This document shows, piece by piece, positions 36,601 through 47,631 of a stretch of 64,000 nt of DNA; position 1 is the stretch's first letter; the number at the start of each line of letters is the position of its first letter. This stretch comes from Ramazzottius varieornatus (taxonomy: Eukaryota > Animalia > Tardigrada), in contig BDGG01000001.1 of the NCBI GenBank assembly GCA_001949185.1, forward strand, positions 8,936,721 through 9,000,720. The letters are read 5' to 3'. The position numbers and the translations under genes were made by a program. The notes under the pieces are model-generated. The model saw nothing but the letters and a program-made list of their open reading frames with translations, had not been told where the DNA came from and did not search any database.

Positions 36601-38535
36601 AGCGTGCGCCACTTTAGGAAACAATCCTGTCCTGTTGATTGCCGCGCTCTCAGTAGGTTTCAGTGTCGATTTGCAAGATGTAAATTTCATGGTATGGCAG
36701 GTGGCAAGCTGATGGGATGGTGTCGGTACCGTCAACAGTCGAAGAAAGCCAGCCCTTGGCGCAAGGCGAAGATTGGCAGGAATACCAGGTGGCGTGTAGT
36801 AGTGTTTGCCTACCTTTCCACGAACACAGCTACTGCGCACCACCAGTCTTCGGTGACCTGGACTTCCTGGTGTCGGAGAGTGCCAGCAACGAGGCCGAAG
36901 ATGGTACCAACTCGGAAACAGCAACCGAAGCCACAGAGTCCGTTTCACTGGATGTGGCCGAGCAGGAAGCTGTGGCGGTGTCAGCCGAACCGCCACTTGC
37001 TCCACAGGTCAGTTTCTCCCTTCTGAAAATCAATCATTGCATGAGAACAGCATGAAAGAAATCTCTGGAAGGTCGAAGAAGAGAAAGTACCCATCTCTCA
37101 ATCACCTGCATATAATATGCCGTAGACTTGTGACTGTGCCGATGTACGTAGGTGCATGCTATATGGGTCCAATTTGTTCTGGGAGACGCTTCCGAAACCT
37201 CCGGTGACGTTTGAACCTGATTGATGGTGCTGGTTATGTTTGCAGGTTGGAGGAGCGACACAGCCTGGCAGTAGTCAAGGGGAGACTTCGCCGGCAGCGG
37301 CGACCAAGAAGAAGGTGACAGTGGCGGTCAAGAAGCCGCGTGTCCCTGTTCTGGTCACAGCGATGGCCAGCGAGACACTGGCCGTCTCTAGCCCCAACGC
37401 CGCTATTGCCAAACGCACAATCAGCCAAGTAAGTGCCGATAAAGACTGCAAGAAGCCAACTAGGAAAAGAGCGAAGGCTGGTGAGGGGGACAAGGCCGGC
37501 GAAGATGGCCTCGGTGGGTCCAGCTCACAGTCGGAGAACAGCGGCAGCCTGCCGGCCCTCTTGGGCTCTGCCACGACGCACAACCTGGGCAAGACGGTGG
37601 TCAGTAATGGAACGGCCACGGGATTGATACCGCTGACCATTCCTTTGCCCAAGAAGGCGATAGCCACACCGGTCAACAAGCCCGTCAAGAAAGCACCAGT
37701 CAAGAAGGAGCCACCAGCAAAGAGTACACCTGCATTCGTCTCATCGCTACCCCTGACTCCGGCTCCTTCCCCTCTGGCTGGCCCAGACAAACCCCTCAAT
37801 GGCGGTAAGTAGCATTCACTTGCATACTTGGCGCCCTACATCAGCCATGATGTGCTCGTATGCAGGGGCATGTCAAGGTCGACGTCCCTCATCCACCTGC
37901 ATACTCGAGGCTGTAGAGGTAGCGTGGTATCAGCGTATGCAGGTGCATGTGGTGTTTGGCCATTTCTGTCGGTTGAACGTTGACCGGTGTGTGAGTGTGT
38001 GTTTGTTGTGACTACAGAGGGTGGGAAGAGCAAGCGGAAAGCGCCAGTAACGGCCAGCGCCACAGCAGTCAGCCAGGCCAAGAAGAAGAAGGAAGGGGAA
38101 AGCACGACGACGCTGGTGTCGATAGCGACGCCGGCCTCCTCCTCCTCTTCCAACGGGCTGCCAGCCGTCGTCACCTTCCCTGTGGGTGTTGCCAGCAGCC
38201 TGGCGGTGAGCATCAACGGTAGCATGCGGACAGCGCCACGGTCGGTGGTGTCGCTGATCGGCCCCAGTACAGGGCTGGTCAGTGGGTCGCCCAGCCTGTC
38301 GCGGCCTGTGACTGTGACGGTGGGTGGTGGTGGAGGAGGCAGCAGGGTCAGCAGCACGGCCTCGGGCAACCCCAACCTGCAGGCCTTGCTGACCAACGGC
38401 AACAAGACGGCCCTGACGCCCTCCACCATCTTCAGCAACAAGGTCCAACCCTTTTTGGTGCCGCCTGAACATAGCAGCACGCCGCCAACACTGCTCCTAC
38501 CACATTCCGTCGTTACTAGCAACAAACTGTGTTAG
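33673..38535 (+). CDS. EPC: Enhancer of polycomb (EPC/Epl1, NuA4/TIP60 subunit), multi-exon
   Basis: MRTRNLDHAKPL, PTGMEKEEEL-EHHLQ, IPIP, DYCLDEEDDRWL, FETIIDRLEK, HQYWTAKR, DPYVAFRRRAEKMQTRKNRKSDEQNY. Intron 36424-36700 keeps frame into acidic and low-complexity C-terminal exons. Confidence 0.92.
35291..35352. other. Intronic ~62-nt hairpin in EPC, unrelated to the 49-bp family
   Basis: Perfect 15-bp stem CCATAACTCCGACAT / ATGTCGGAGTTATGG with a 7-nt loop, extended by imperfect CACCGTATCGCA / GGGCAATACAGTG pairing. Confidence 0.6.
35378..35506. repeat. Pair of intronic palindromes (EPC intron)
   Basis: Copies at 35378-35433 (N32, the only spacer exception) and 35458-35506 (N25). Confidence 0.9.
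36484..36615. repeat. Pair of intronic 49-bp palindromes (EPC intron)
   Basis: Copies at 36484-36532 and 36567-36615, both N25. Confidence 0.9.
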
Positions 38536-39540
38536 CCACCCTTCTTCTCTTTGCCTTTTCTCTTGGGGCCACATTGTTTTGCAAACCAAGCCCTCCTTTT
38601 TTCTTCCTTGTTTCTTCGGTAGAGGGGTACAACGGGAAAGGGTACGTTGAAGTTTGTAGATAACCTATGTGGAGAAAAGCCTTGACTGTTTTGTTTTAAA
38701 GACATGAAGCGTGAACCGTGATTTCGTTCTTTCTTTTGCTTTGTATTCTAACGCAGCCCAGACAGTTTGAACAGAGCAGTCTTGATCTTGTGTTCGCTAT
38801 TGTATAGCGTTGCACGTGACACAACACCCTACCATTACTTTGTACCTGTATTGATACCCTCGTCAATAAGCCAACGATGACATCGGTACTCGACCCACAA
38901 CGATATCCAGCTGTCTGAAAAAGGGATCGTAATCATTGGGGAAGGAGAGGAAATTGCCTGGGCGTTGGCTGGGTCCTTGGCAATTAAGTGCTGTATGGGC
39001 GGCGCCACGGTCGCTAGAGACACTTGGCGTAACCTTGCCATGCCAGCTTCTTCGTTCACGTGTGGAAGGTCCACAATTGCCTTTCCACTTGCCAGCTGAG
39101 TAAGCAAAACACATTGACACAGGACTCGATTAGGCGATAAGAAAGAAAGAAGCGACGGAAACGGCAGCCATAACCGTCAGCTAGGCCAAAAGTGGCGGAA
39201 CCAGTTTTGTCGATAGCCGAACCAAGTTCGCAGACATTGGCGCATGTGTTGATATGACAGTAGGTCGGCTACAAAGTCCACCTTTGACTACCGAACAGCA
39301 GAACATAAGCGCATATCCTTCTTGCCTTGCGGCATCCACCTCAAAGTCAAATAAACCAGTTACTACAAGCTAACTGTAGGTTTTGTTTTCATCGAGTACA
39401 GTATCGAACCATGCCACAGTTCTGTTCTAGCATGTGCTCTAAGGCAGCAAATGTTTGTGACAGACTTTCAACTGTCAGTTTCCTTCTTGGGTTAATATAG
39501 AGTCCTCCAAGCAGACAAAGAGCCTTGTCATTTGCCCAAC

Positions 39541-42028
39541 ATGGAGCAAGGATATCCTGGTAGTGCACATTCGGTGGTGGGGAGACAGAATGGTGGAGGT
39601 GACTTGTGCTGGACTGTGCTTCATCAAGCCCAGTCGCCATCGCGCAATAGCCGAGCCAAATCGGAAACTGGCGAAGCCGGGCCTAATAGAAGCCTGCGTC
39701 GCAATGCCATCCTACGTAAGTCACTTCAACATGAATTTCACTAATTAGAGGGCAGTACGTCTTGTGTGGAAGCTGGAGTAATGGGTGGGAAAGAGGTATA
39801 TGCCTGACCGTATGTCCAATTGCAGGCAAGATTTACGAGCAGAAGGATCGTGAGGAAGAAACGACCAAGCGCTACGAGGAAGCCATGAACGAGGCCAAAC
39901 GCGTCCAGTCGCTGGCACCGCCAGCCTTATCTCGCAAGAAGAGCAACTCATTACCTGATCTGGCCCGACTTCATGAACAAGGCCTCATACACCAATTGTG
40001 GGTCAGTACCATCCCTTCACTTCTAACCTACCTTCCAACAGCCAAATATGACTAGTAGTGCGACCAACGATACCTCATCGTGGCCGGCAAATACAGCAAC
40101 TGTGCCTTCCTACTGTCCACACAACAACTGGCAGTACCGTATAGCCCAGGGCAAAACGAGTGGCCAACCAACATTCAGCAGCAAACATGGCCTAAAACAC
40201 AGAAAGACAATGCTTGAATTTATTGTCAAGCCAATGGACACAAAAGGTTGAACCTGAAACAAATGCTTTATGACTGTCTTTTGCAGCCACATGGTCCGAC
40301 GCAGGAAGGCAGCAGCGAAACCTTGGGCAGCCGCGCCGCTTCTCCCATGCGCCGTTCGCCATGCCATGTTAGTCCGCGCATGTCGCCTTACCCCAGCGTC
40401 TGGCCTCACTCCAATGATGCTCACGAGCATTCAGCCTCTTCTCTACCCAAGACTTCCTTCGTCCATGGCCAGACCATGCCGCACTTTTCGACGGCCACAG
40501 CCATGTCCAACGGACAGGCTAGCCGTTATCGGCAGGCAGTCGATGACAGCCCACCAATACCCTCCCTCATGCTGACCAGTCCCGAGGAGGAAAGTGCCAG
40601 TCTGTTGTGGAACGACATGGACTTGCAGGAAGGCGACTGTACTTCCGTCGAAGAACTGACCGATATCCTGGCTTCCCTTATCGATACTCAGGCGACATCT
40701 GCCACTTCCACCTCACCTCAGTAAGCTGGCACTTTCCTGCCTGCAATCGCCACAATGATCCCACTTGATTCTTCTCTTGTGTTCTCAGGGTCTTCAGTGC
40801 CTTCTCTCAACCTGTCCAAGCCACTTTCAAGACAAGTTCAAGCTCCAACACTAACATCAACCCTTTCTCTTTCCAAAGCTCTCCACTACCTCCCTACCAC
40901 CAACAACAACAGCAACTACAACAGCAGCCACAACAGTCCGTCACTTTTACTTCAAGTCCATCCTTCTCAACAGTGCCGGCCGGCGGCCAAAGAACGTCCC
41001 AACAGACGCCTCTTCGTCAGGTAACAGCTTCCTGCCAAACATTACTAGTACCGGTAATCTACAGTATTGTTCTTACGCCAGGTCCAAACCAACAATTACG
41101 CATTAATAAACAACGCGGCAAATACCTACGGCAACACATATAACCATCAAATCTTCAGCCCCGATCAGTACGTCTACATCACTTCCACCAGCACCACTTC
41201 GACAGCTCCTGCCACTTCCGCCATCGACACTTCCCCTTACTTATGTATACCGCCAACTCGGACCAGAGTTTCCTCCATGCCTTCCTTACGACACTTCAGT
41301 ACCTCGGTATAAACCATCTGTCCTCTGACCTAAGTTAACACTGCGACTTTCGCATACAAACTGGACAAAATCGTTTTACCAAGTGGCGCACGCTTCCAGC
41401 CAACAGCACCGGAGACATGCGCCACTTGGGAAAACGCTCTGGATAATTATTGTCTGTCTTGTTGACCGAGCTCCCAGCCTTGGGCGTTCCCGCATCCGTG
41501 CCACCACTGTAAAAAAAAACGCGTCTGCTTTATTGTTATACAGCAAACAGATACGACAGCCTTTTGCGGAGGCATCGTCGAGGATCTGTCCAAAGCCGCC
41601 GACAGCACAACCAGCAGTGTCCCTTCCTTTGCTCCCCCAATCACCACCCAGCCTTCTCCTTATGACCAAGCCACTTCCTCCTACCACAATTACGACTTTT
41701 ACAATCAAGGACCACTGCCTTCCAATAACACGACAGGTAAACATCATTCAAATGCTGATGCCAATTCAAAACTGCTCAGCGACTTGTGGATGTTTCAGAG
41801 AGCGAGACCTTCATGTTGCCCACGCCCATTCAAGCATGGAATGCTACCTTTGACAGTGATGCCACGCTGGTGTTGCTCAACAGCTTGAGCGAATGCAAGT
41901 TTAGTCAAAGTCAGGATGTCAATGCCAAAGCTCAAGAAGCCAGCGATTACATGGAGAGACTGCGGCTAGCCGACAATTACGTCAGGAAGGAGTTGGGTAT
42001 TGCCGTTTCCGATCCCGACTTTCTTTGA
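39541..42028 (+). CDS. Probable divergent CREB-regulated transcription coactivator (CRTC/TORC-like), multi-exon
   Basis: Spliced N-terminus ..RNAILR-KIYEQKDREEETTKRYEEAMNEA resembles the CRTC CREB-binding helix. It is followed by RKKSNSLPDL, S/P/Q-rich middle exons and an acidic C-terminus. Family call is tentative and the start codon uncertain. Confidence 0.5.
41380..41428. repeat. Intronic 49-bp palindrome (CRTC-like gene intron)
   Basis: CAAGTGGCGCAC-N25-ATGCGCCACTTG. Confidence 0.9.
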
Positions 42029-42437
42029 CTGAGGCCGTTGGCCCCCATCTGAAGTCTTTGCACACACGCACTTCAGCCTATGCTCTCCACTCTGTATTAC
42101 ATCTTCTTTTCTACTTCTTTTTCTTACCTGCCAATGCTCTTCTTCCTCCCTTGAAGACCTCTTCTGCCTTGCTTCAGTAATACCAGTGGTTTCAGCTGAA
42201 GATGAAATGTGTTTGACGTTTCAACGTATGGACAAAATTCCCGACAAAACTGCAGACATGTCAAACCTGGAGCATCAATAGTTCAATACTTGAAGAAAGT
42301 GGCATTCGTCGCCGAATGTGGCCCAGCAGCATCGACGTCAGGAGCGCTTTGGCATTTTGCGCCTACTGGCACTTATTGCCATCTTCCAGCAGCTTTAGAC
42401 GGCATGGTGATCAGTCAGCAGGGCTGTTGCTTTCCCA

Positions 42438-42657
42438 CCAGTCTTGTATCAGTTCCTATTTTGGAGTTTCAGTTCCTATTCCAGTTCCTCGATCGTAGGA
42501 GTTTCAGTTCCTATTCCTATTCTAGTTCCGGAATTCCCATTTTATTTCTTTTGATTTCAGTTCTCGTTCTTGGAGAAATATCAGTTCCTATTCCAGTTCC
42601 CGTTCGGGAACTGGAACAGGAAATCAAAAGAATTGAAATAGCATCTATAAAGTTCCC
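42438..42657. repeat. Degenerate (T)TCCAGTTCC repeat unit with central hairpin, copy 1
   Basis: Several CAGTTCC(TATT) units and the hairpin TTCCAGTTCCCG-TT-CGGGAACTGGAA at ~42591-42616. Confidence 0.6.
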
Positions 42658-42779
42658 TCATGTTTATCGCATATGTTATACTCCAAAGTACTACAGCAAC
42701 CACGACAGTAATAGACCAAATAATACAGAAACATGAACCATGAAAAGCGAGGAAGTACTCAGACCAGAAACCAAAGAAA

Positions 42780-43040
42780 AATTTCGTTGAATAAAAAATT
42801 GATTCTTTAAATTTGCGCCTTGTCGAAGCCGATTCTTCCGTCCTACGCAAGCGTACTTAGTGGTCTAGAGCACCCTCTCCACCGACTCGGAGGAGGCTGG
42901 GATCGCGAAGACGTCCATGGTGAGGCGGAACAGCTTCGGAAGTCCAGTCTTGTGACTGACCCAAACGTCTGAAGATCCTTGTCTAAGTTAATGTTGATTG
43001 ACGTCGTTCTGCGATCCCTTCGTAGCTTTCAAGTGCTTCA
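42780..43040 (-). pseudogene. hAT transposase C-terminal dimerisation domain relic
   Basis: Minus-strand translation VWVSHKTGLPKLFRLTMDVFAIPASSESVERVL*TTKYACVGRKNRL matches the hAT W..P.L..IPASS..ER.FS..RNRL pattern, with an in-frame stop. Confidence 0.65.
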
Positions 43041-43134
43041 TGGAGCGGAGAGAGAACTTTCTGTCTTTTTGCGCCTGTGGACCGATCTTGAAAACTTTGG
43101 CCTGTGAAGGGATCTCGAACTTTGGTCAATGCGG

Positions 43135-43335
43135 CAGGAACTGGAATTTAGATCCGCAATTCCAGTTCTGGACCTCCCAAAAATCAGGCTCCAGTTTTTG
43201 TTCCAGTTCCAGTACTTCCATTTCAGTTCTTTTTCCAATATCAGTTCCTTGAAAAACATTTGGTTCCTGTCCCAGTCCCGGGACTGGAATAGAAACTGAT
43301 AAAAGAACTGCCATCATAGCGTTCCAGTTCAAGAA
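43135..43335. repeat. Degenerate (T)TCCAGTTCC repeat unit with central palindrome, copy 2
   Basis: Same motif family. Palindrome CCAGTCCCGGGACTGG at ~43272-43287, followed by a tail similar to copy 1 (GGAAyAG..AAAAGAAyTG). Confidence 0.55.
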
Positions 43336-45208
43336 GTGACACAACACTGTTGAGTGGGCGGAAAGCTGGCCAGGTGCAACCCAAGTGGGAAGGAAGAAGT
43401 AGATGGACATGTTCCGAATAACTGCCGCCACCCATTTCCATCTGGTGAACCATCACTTCCTGCGACATCTGACTGGCATCACCAAGGCCCCCTTCTCGAC
43501 CCGCCCAAAGACCTTTGAGGTTGCCTTGGGTAGATGAATGTTTCGGTGAATGGAAATAGCAGCAACGTCGTTCCGCCATGTGCGTGCGCGGCTTAAAAAG
43601 AGCAGACGAGGAACACCGGCGGTAATTCGGCTGTCTTACGGACTTTGCAGACATGTAAGGCGTGTAAGCGTAGCTACTCCGAAAACAAACCCCAGCTCGA
43701 CTTGAACTGGACATCGAGACTGCGCGACCCGTTCTTCACCATTTTTTAGCTGGTACCAAAAGTGGACTGCCGTATGGACTAGTGGACCGATTATGGCCGA
43801 CGACGATCTTGGGCCGGCTGATGACTTGTACCTCCTATACCGCATGGATCAGCCCTCTTTGCATTAGGGGACTTTTGCGGCTAACACTGCATCAACCAAC
43901 AGCCTCGCAAGCGCCTTCCTCTTCATATCTTCATCATCGTCATCGTAAACAGGAAGACGATTCTTACCTGAAAGAACCTTTCCTTTGGAGGTGATTACTC
44001 GGCTCCTTTTGGCAATTGTCCTCGCCTGCAGACTAACATCGTTCCTAAAAGTAGCAGATATTTTGTGGTTATGTCTATAGTTAATATTACATGAAGAATG
44101 TCATTTGAAACTGGGTGATTTGCTCCTATGGGCCCAAGAACGCATCTAACAACATCAAGTTGCTGGTTTTAATGAGGAGCATTCGATAACCAACGCGCAC
44201 CTCTGCGCACCCACAAGTCACCGTTGACCAGTGGTCACCCTTTCTGTTGACCACTTACCCCTGTAGGAAGGGCAGTTTCACCTTGACAAGGGTCCTCCCG
44301 AGTTGTTTTGGAGAATCAATTTGGCAAGCCATATGGGCTGGCCACTCCCTTCCAGGCAATAGGAGTGGACGATTGGTATTTGATCGCGACAGCCAGCCAC
44401 CTTCACTCCTGTTTTAATGGCTTTGTTTCCTCCTTGACATCATCTTCCTTTTGTTTCACTTTCGATCCTTCTGACTGAAACCGACTAGTTTCCATGTTCT
44501 GGGTTGTAACCGTAGCCGGTTTTAGATTATATCGTCCTAAAGAGGTCTGCTGCAAGCGTTCAAAGCAAAGAAACGTGCAATAATCAGCCCGGTCCGAAGT
44601 TCATTGTTGACATCCATTCACCGTTTACAAAAAATTTCATAACTTGATCACCATCCATCCAATCAGTCTGAACTTTGGACCAAAAGCAGCGCCGACCACT
44701 GATGCACAAGTCTGCGTCAGCCGTTTCAAACCGACCCAAGGTGCCCCAGATGAAAAAATTGATTCCTGAACAATTCTGGTCAGTGACCAAATCACCCAGT
44801 CTCAAATGACATTCTTCATATAGTTACACTCCTTACACCCCATTTTGCTATAGTCACACCCTGGGTGTGGAATTCCATTACAATCGGCCATAGATACACC
44901 CTGAACGTTACACCCCAAACCGCTATATTTACACTGTCCCGGTAGAGGTGACAGGTGAGTCGCGAGTTGATTCTGCCGGGGCTGTGACGGAGGGAAGATA
45001 CGATGGATATCTGATTGTGACCACCTTTCAACCAAACCATAACCACCCGTTAACGAAAGAAAGGTATTGACCCACCCTAAGTTCCAAGTATGACACTGAA
45101 AATACGTGTTTAACATTGTGCAGCTGTCAAATGACAGTTGGAACGAAGCAAAGGAGAAACGAAACGGCTGGTGATGAAGTGAGGGTAATGTCTGTGCTGG
45201 TAGTGGAC

Positions 45209-46258
45209 TCAGTGAATGTGAACTTTTGGAGAAGCATGAGATTGTGCTTTGTCAGAGCTAGAATGGGACTTCTTTTCCTCGCTGCTGCTGCTGCTGCTAT
45301 CGTTCTCTTTCTCACGCTCGAAGAAGATCTTGGCTTTCTTCTCGACCTTGACCTTGACAGGTTCTCCTTTCAGGATCTGTTTCAGAATAGCTTGTGTCAG
45401 CTTGGTGTCTGCTCCATCTTGGGAGTGTCCGGCCGTATGTGGACGACTCTTGTGTTCGTCAGAGTCGGAGCTGGAGCTGGAGCTGCCAGAATCTTTGTGG
45501 CTGTGACCACCATCAGACTTGGAAGGACGCTCTTTCCTTGCCGACTCTTCGGAAGAGTGACTGTCGCCGGATTCTTTGGAAGAATGCTTTCCAGAGGCAG
45601 CTGGACTGGCCACTGAAGAGCCGTTGGTCTTGTTAGTCGAGTTTGACGATGACGGGGGAAGAGCAGGTCCAGCTGATGGAAGAGCGCTGCCCCTGGCGTG
45701 TCGAGCGGGTTTGCCCAAGGATCCAGCATTGCCTTTGCTGTGGTGTTGGCCGCCATGCTGCGTTTTACTATGGGAATGTTCGCGCTCTTTTACAGAGTGA
45801 ACTTCCTCGGAAGACTGTGATAAGGTGCTGTTGTTGACCCGGCTTAATCCTGGCTGGGCCGAGGCAGTCAGCTTGGCAGATGGATGACGGCTGCGTTTCT
45901 TGGCAGGCAACCTGTTTGGCCGCGAAGTCGCACTACGAGGCAGAAAACACTTCTCTTTGGCCTGGGTACTCAACGTCGTGAATCAATGTGAAATAAGACG
46001 CCGTTAAGGTCGCTACATAGTTGAAAAGAGAAGGTGTTTGCACTCTTACCTGGAAGCGCGGGCCGGTTGTCCTGCAGCTTGAGCTGCCCCATTTTGCGGC
46101 TTAGCCAGTGCGCCACCGCTAACGTTGGGGAGTCGAGGTTTTTCAGCGGACTCTTTCGACGAACGATGGTTTGATGGACGTCGAGGACCGAACTGGGACA
46201 GCTCGGCCGACACACACCCTACCACAACGAGAAGGCATAAAGAGATAAGACCGTTCAT
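45209..46258 (-). CDS. Secreted Ser/Lys/His-rich, probably disordered protein of unrecognised family (2 exons, 322 aa)
   Basis: MNGLISLCLLVVVGCVSA signal peptide. Exon 46258-46050 joins 45968-45209 in frame (969 nt). Repeated SSKES/SSEES/SSSSSEE motifs. Confidence 0.8.
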
Positions 46259-46305
46259 TGTGCTGACAGTGGGTAATATTAATGAGATTACCGCAACACA
46301 TAGAC

Positions 46306-46339
46306 ACTGAGCTAAAAGTCGATTTTCCGCTTTTATATA
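46306..46339 (-). promoter_or_regulatory. TATA box + TCAGT initiator of the secreted Ser-rich gene
   Basis: Minus strand TATATAAAAG at 46339-46330 lies about 30 nt upstream of TCAGT (46310-46306), which is about 50 nt before the ATG. Confidence 0.7.
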
Positions 46340-47631
46340 CAGCGGACAAAGCACAAGTTGTTCGAGGGAATTGACCGGTCAGAATTTGTCACGTTATGCC
46401 GATTTGCACATTTGAACCATGCTAACAGGGACATGCTAAGAAGAAACGTGAGCTTTGCCGCAAGTATGAATTGTGAAGAGCTTCCATTTCGCGGTACAGA
46501 ACCCTCGACGCATCCTTGGTAGGCCGCAATAAGTGGTACAATGCCAGGAATTGCGTGCTCTCAGCGATGCCATTTTCAAGATGACCGCCGACACCCAGGC
46601 TTGTTCTCCGGGATAGCCCCATGGACGAGCGATCTACGAACTATATCATACTGTCCAGGAGAACGTCTTGGGCGTATTAGAAAAAGAATACGGCGCTCAA
46701 AAACGTGTGAATGCTCATGTTGCAATAAAGGCGTCACATCCCCACCCGTGATCATGGCGCCCGGGTTGCAGTCGATTGACGGTCTGATGGTCACGCGGTA
46801 TCGGATAATAAAAACTGATTTTGTCACTGTTTTCTCAAGGGGAAAGCTATGAGGTCGCGGTCGACCTTTCGCACCGTTCCTCGAGCCGAGGTTTCTGACA
46901 TCGAAAACTGCTGAAGGTACAATTGACGGCAAAAAGTTGAACAATAGATTAATGGTTATTGTTTTTACCAAATTTGACTCATTGAATTTTCGATTCGTTC
47001 ACCATTTTAAACTTTGACGCCCCTTCTAGTCCGTCACTTTTCAAAATCCGTAAAATTTCTGGTGCCATCACATCCACTTTGGAAATGTATAATCGTTTCT
47101 TACTCGGTGAAATTTTATTGCACTGTAAACGGAACTCAAAATTCAATAGTTGGTATTACGGTATTGTAGGTGCTATCAAATGGAAACCAAAGGAAGAATC
47201 CAATGTGAAAGACCGGGAAGAGATGCATTTCCTACCCGTACTTAGCCATACTTGCACTACAGTACTTGGTTAGCTCGCAAATTAAAGCACTAACTTTTCA
47301 GCACTGACTCTGTAACATCGATGAATGTACAGGGCAGTTAAGAACCTGGTAAAGCGGATTCGGCGTAAAGCCACACAGGTTGCTTACTCACCTTTCTGTA
47401 CGTGACCAGGTTAGTGTTCTGTGGCTCCTACTGGGAAGAGACGTGAAATCAGCACAAAAAATTGTTCAACTGCGCATGCGGTCATCACGACTTTTGTCGG
47501 AACAGGCCGGTCTTGCCTCTGATAAAATGAGCTGTTTCCACAGTGCCCATCATTTGAGTTGTTTTAAACATCCTGTCAGTGTTGGTTGACATTTACTAGT
47601 CTCCGTTGGAACACAACTGACCGGCTCACAG

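Noticed and set aside
8743-41428. Interpreting the 49-bp palindromes as bacterial REP/attC sites or contamination
   Set aside because: They sit inside spliceosomal introns of clearly metazoan genes, and no integron integrase or bacterial genes are present.
43340-44560. Short ORFs possibly continuing a transposase or captured gene
   Set aside because: No recognisable motifs and many stops.
44820-44940. Repeated TTACACCCC-like motifs
   Set aside because: Only a few degenerate copies, with no defined termini or TSD to support an element call.
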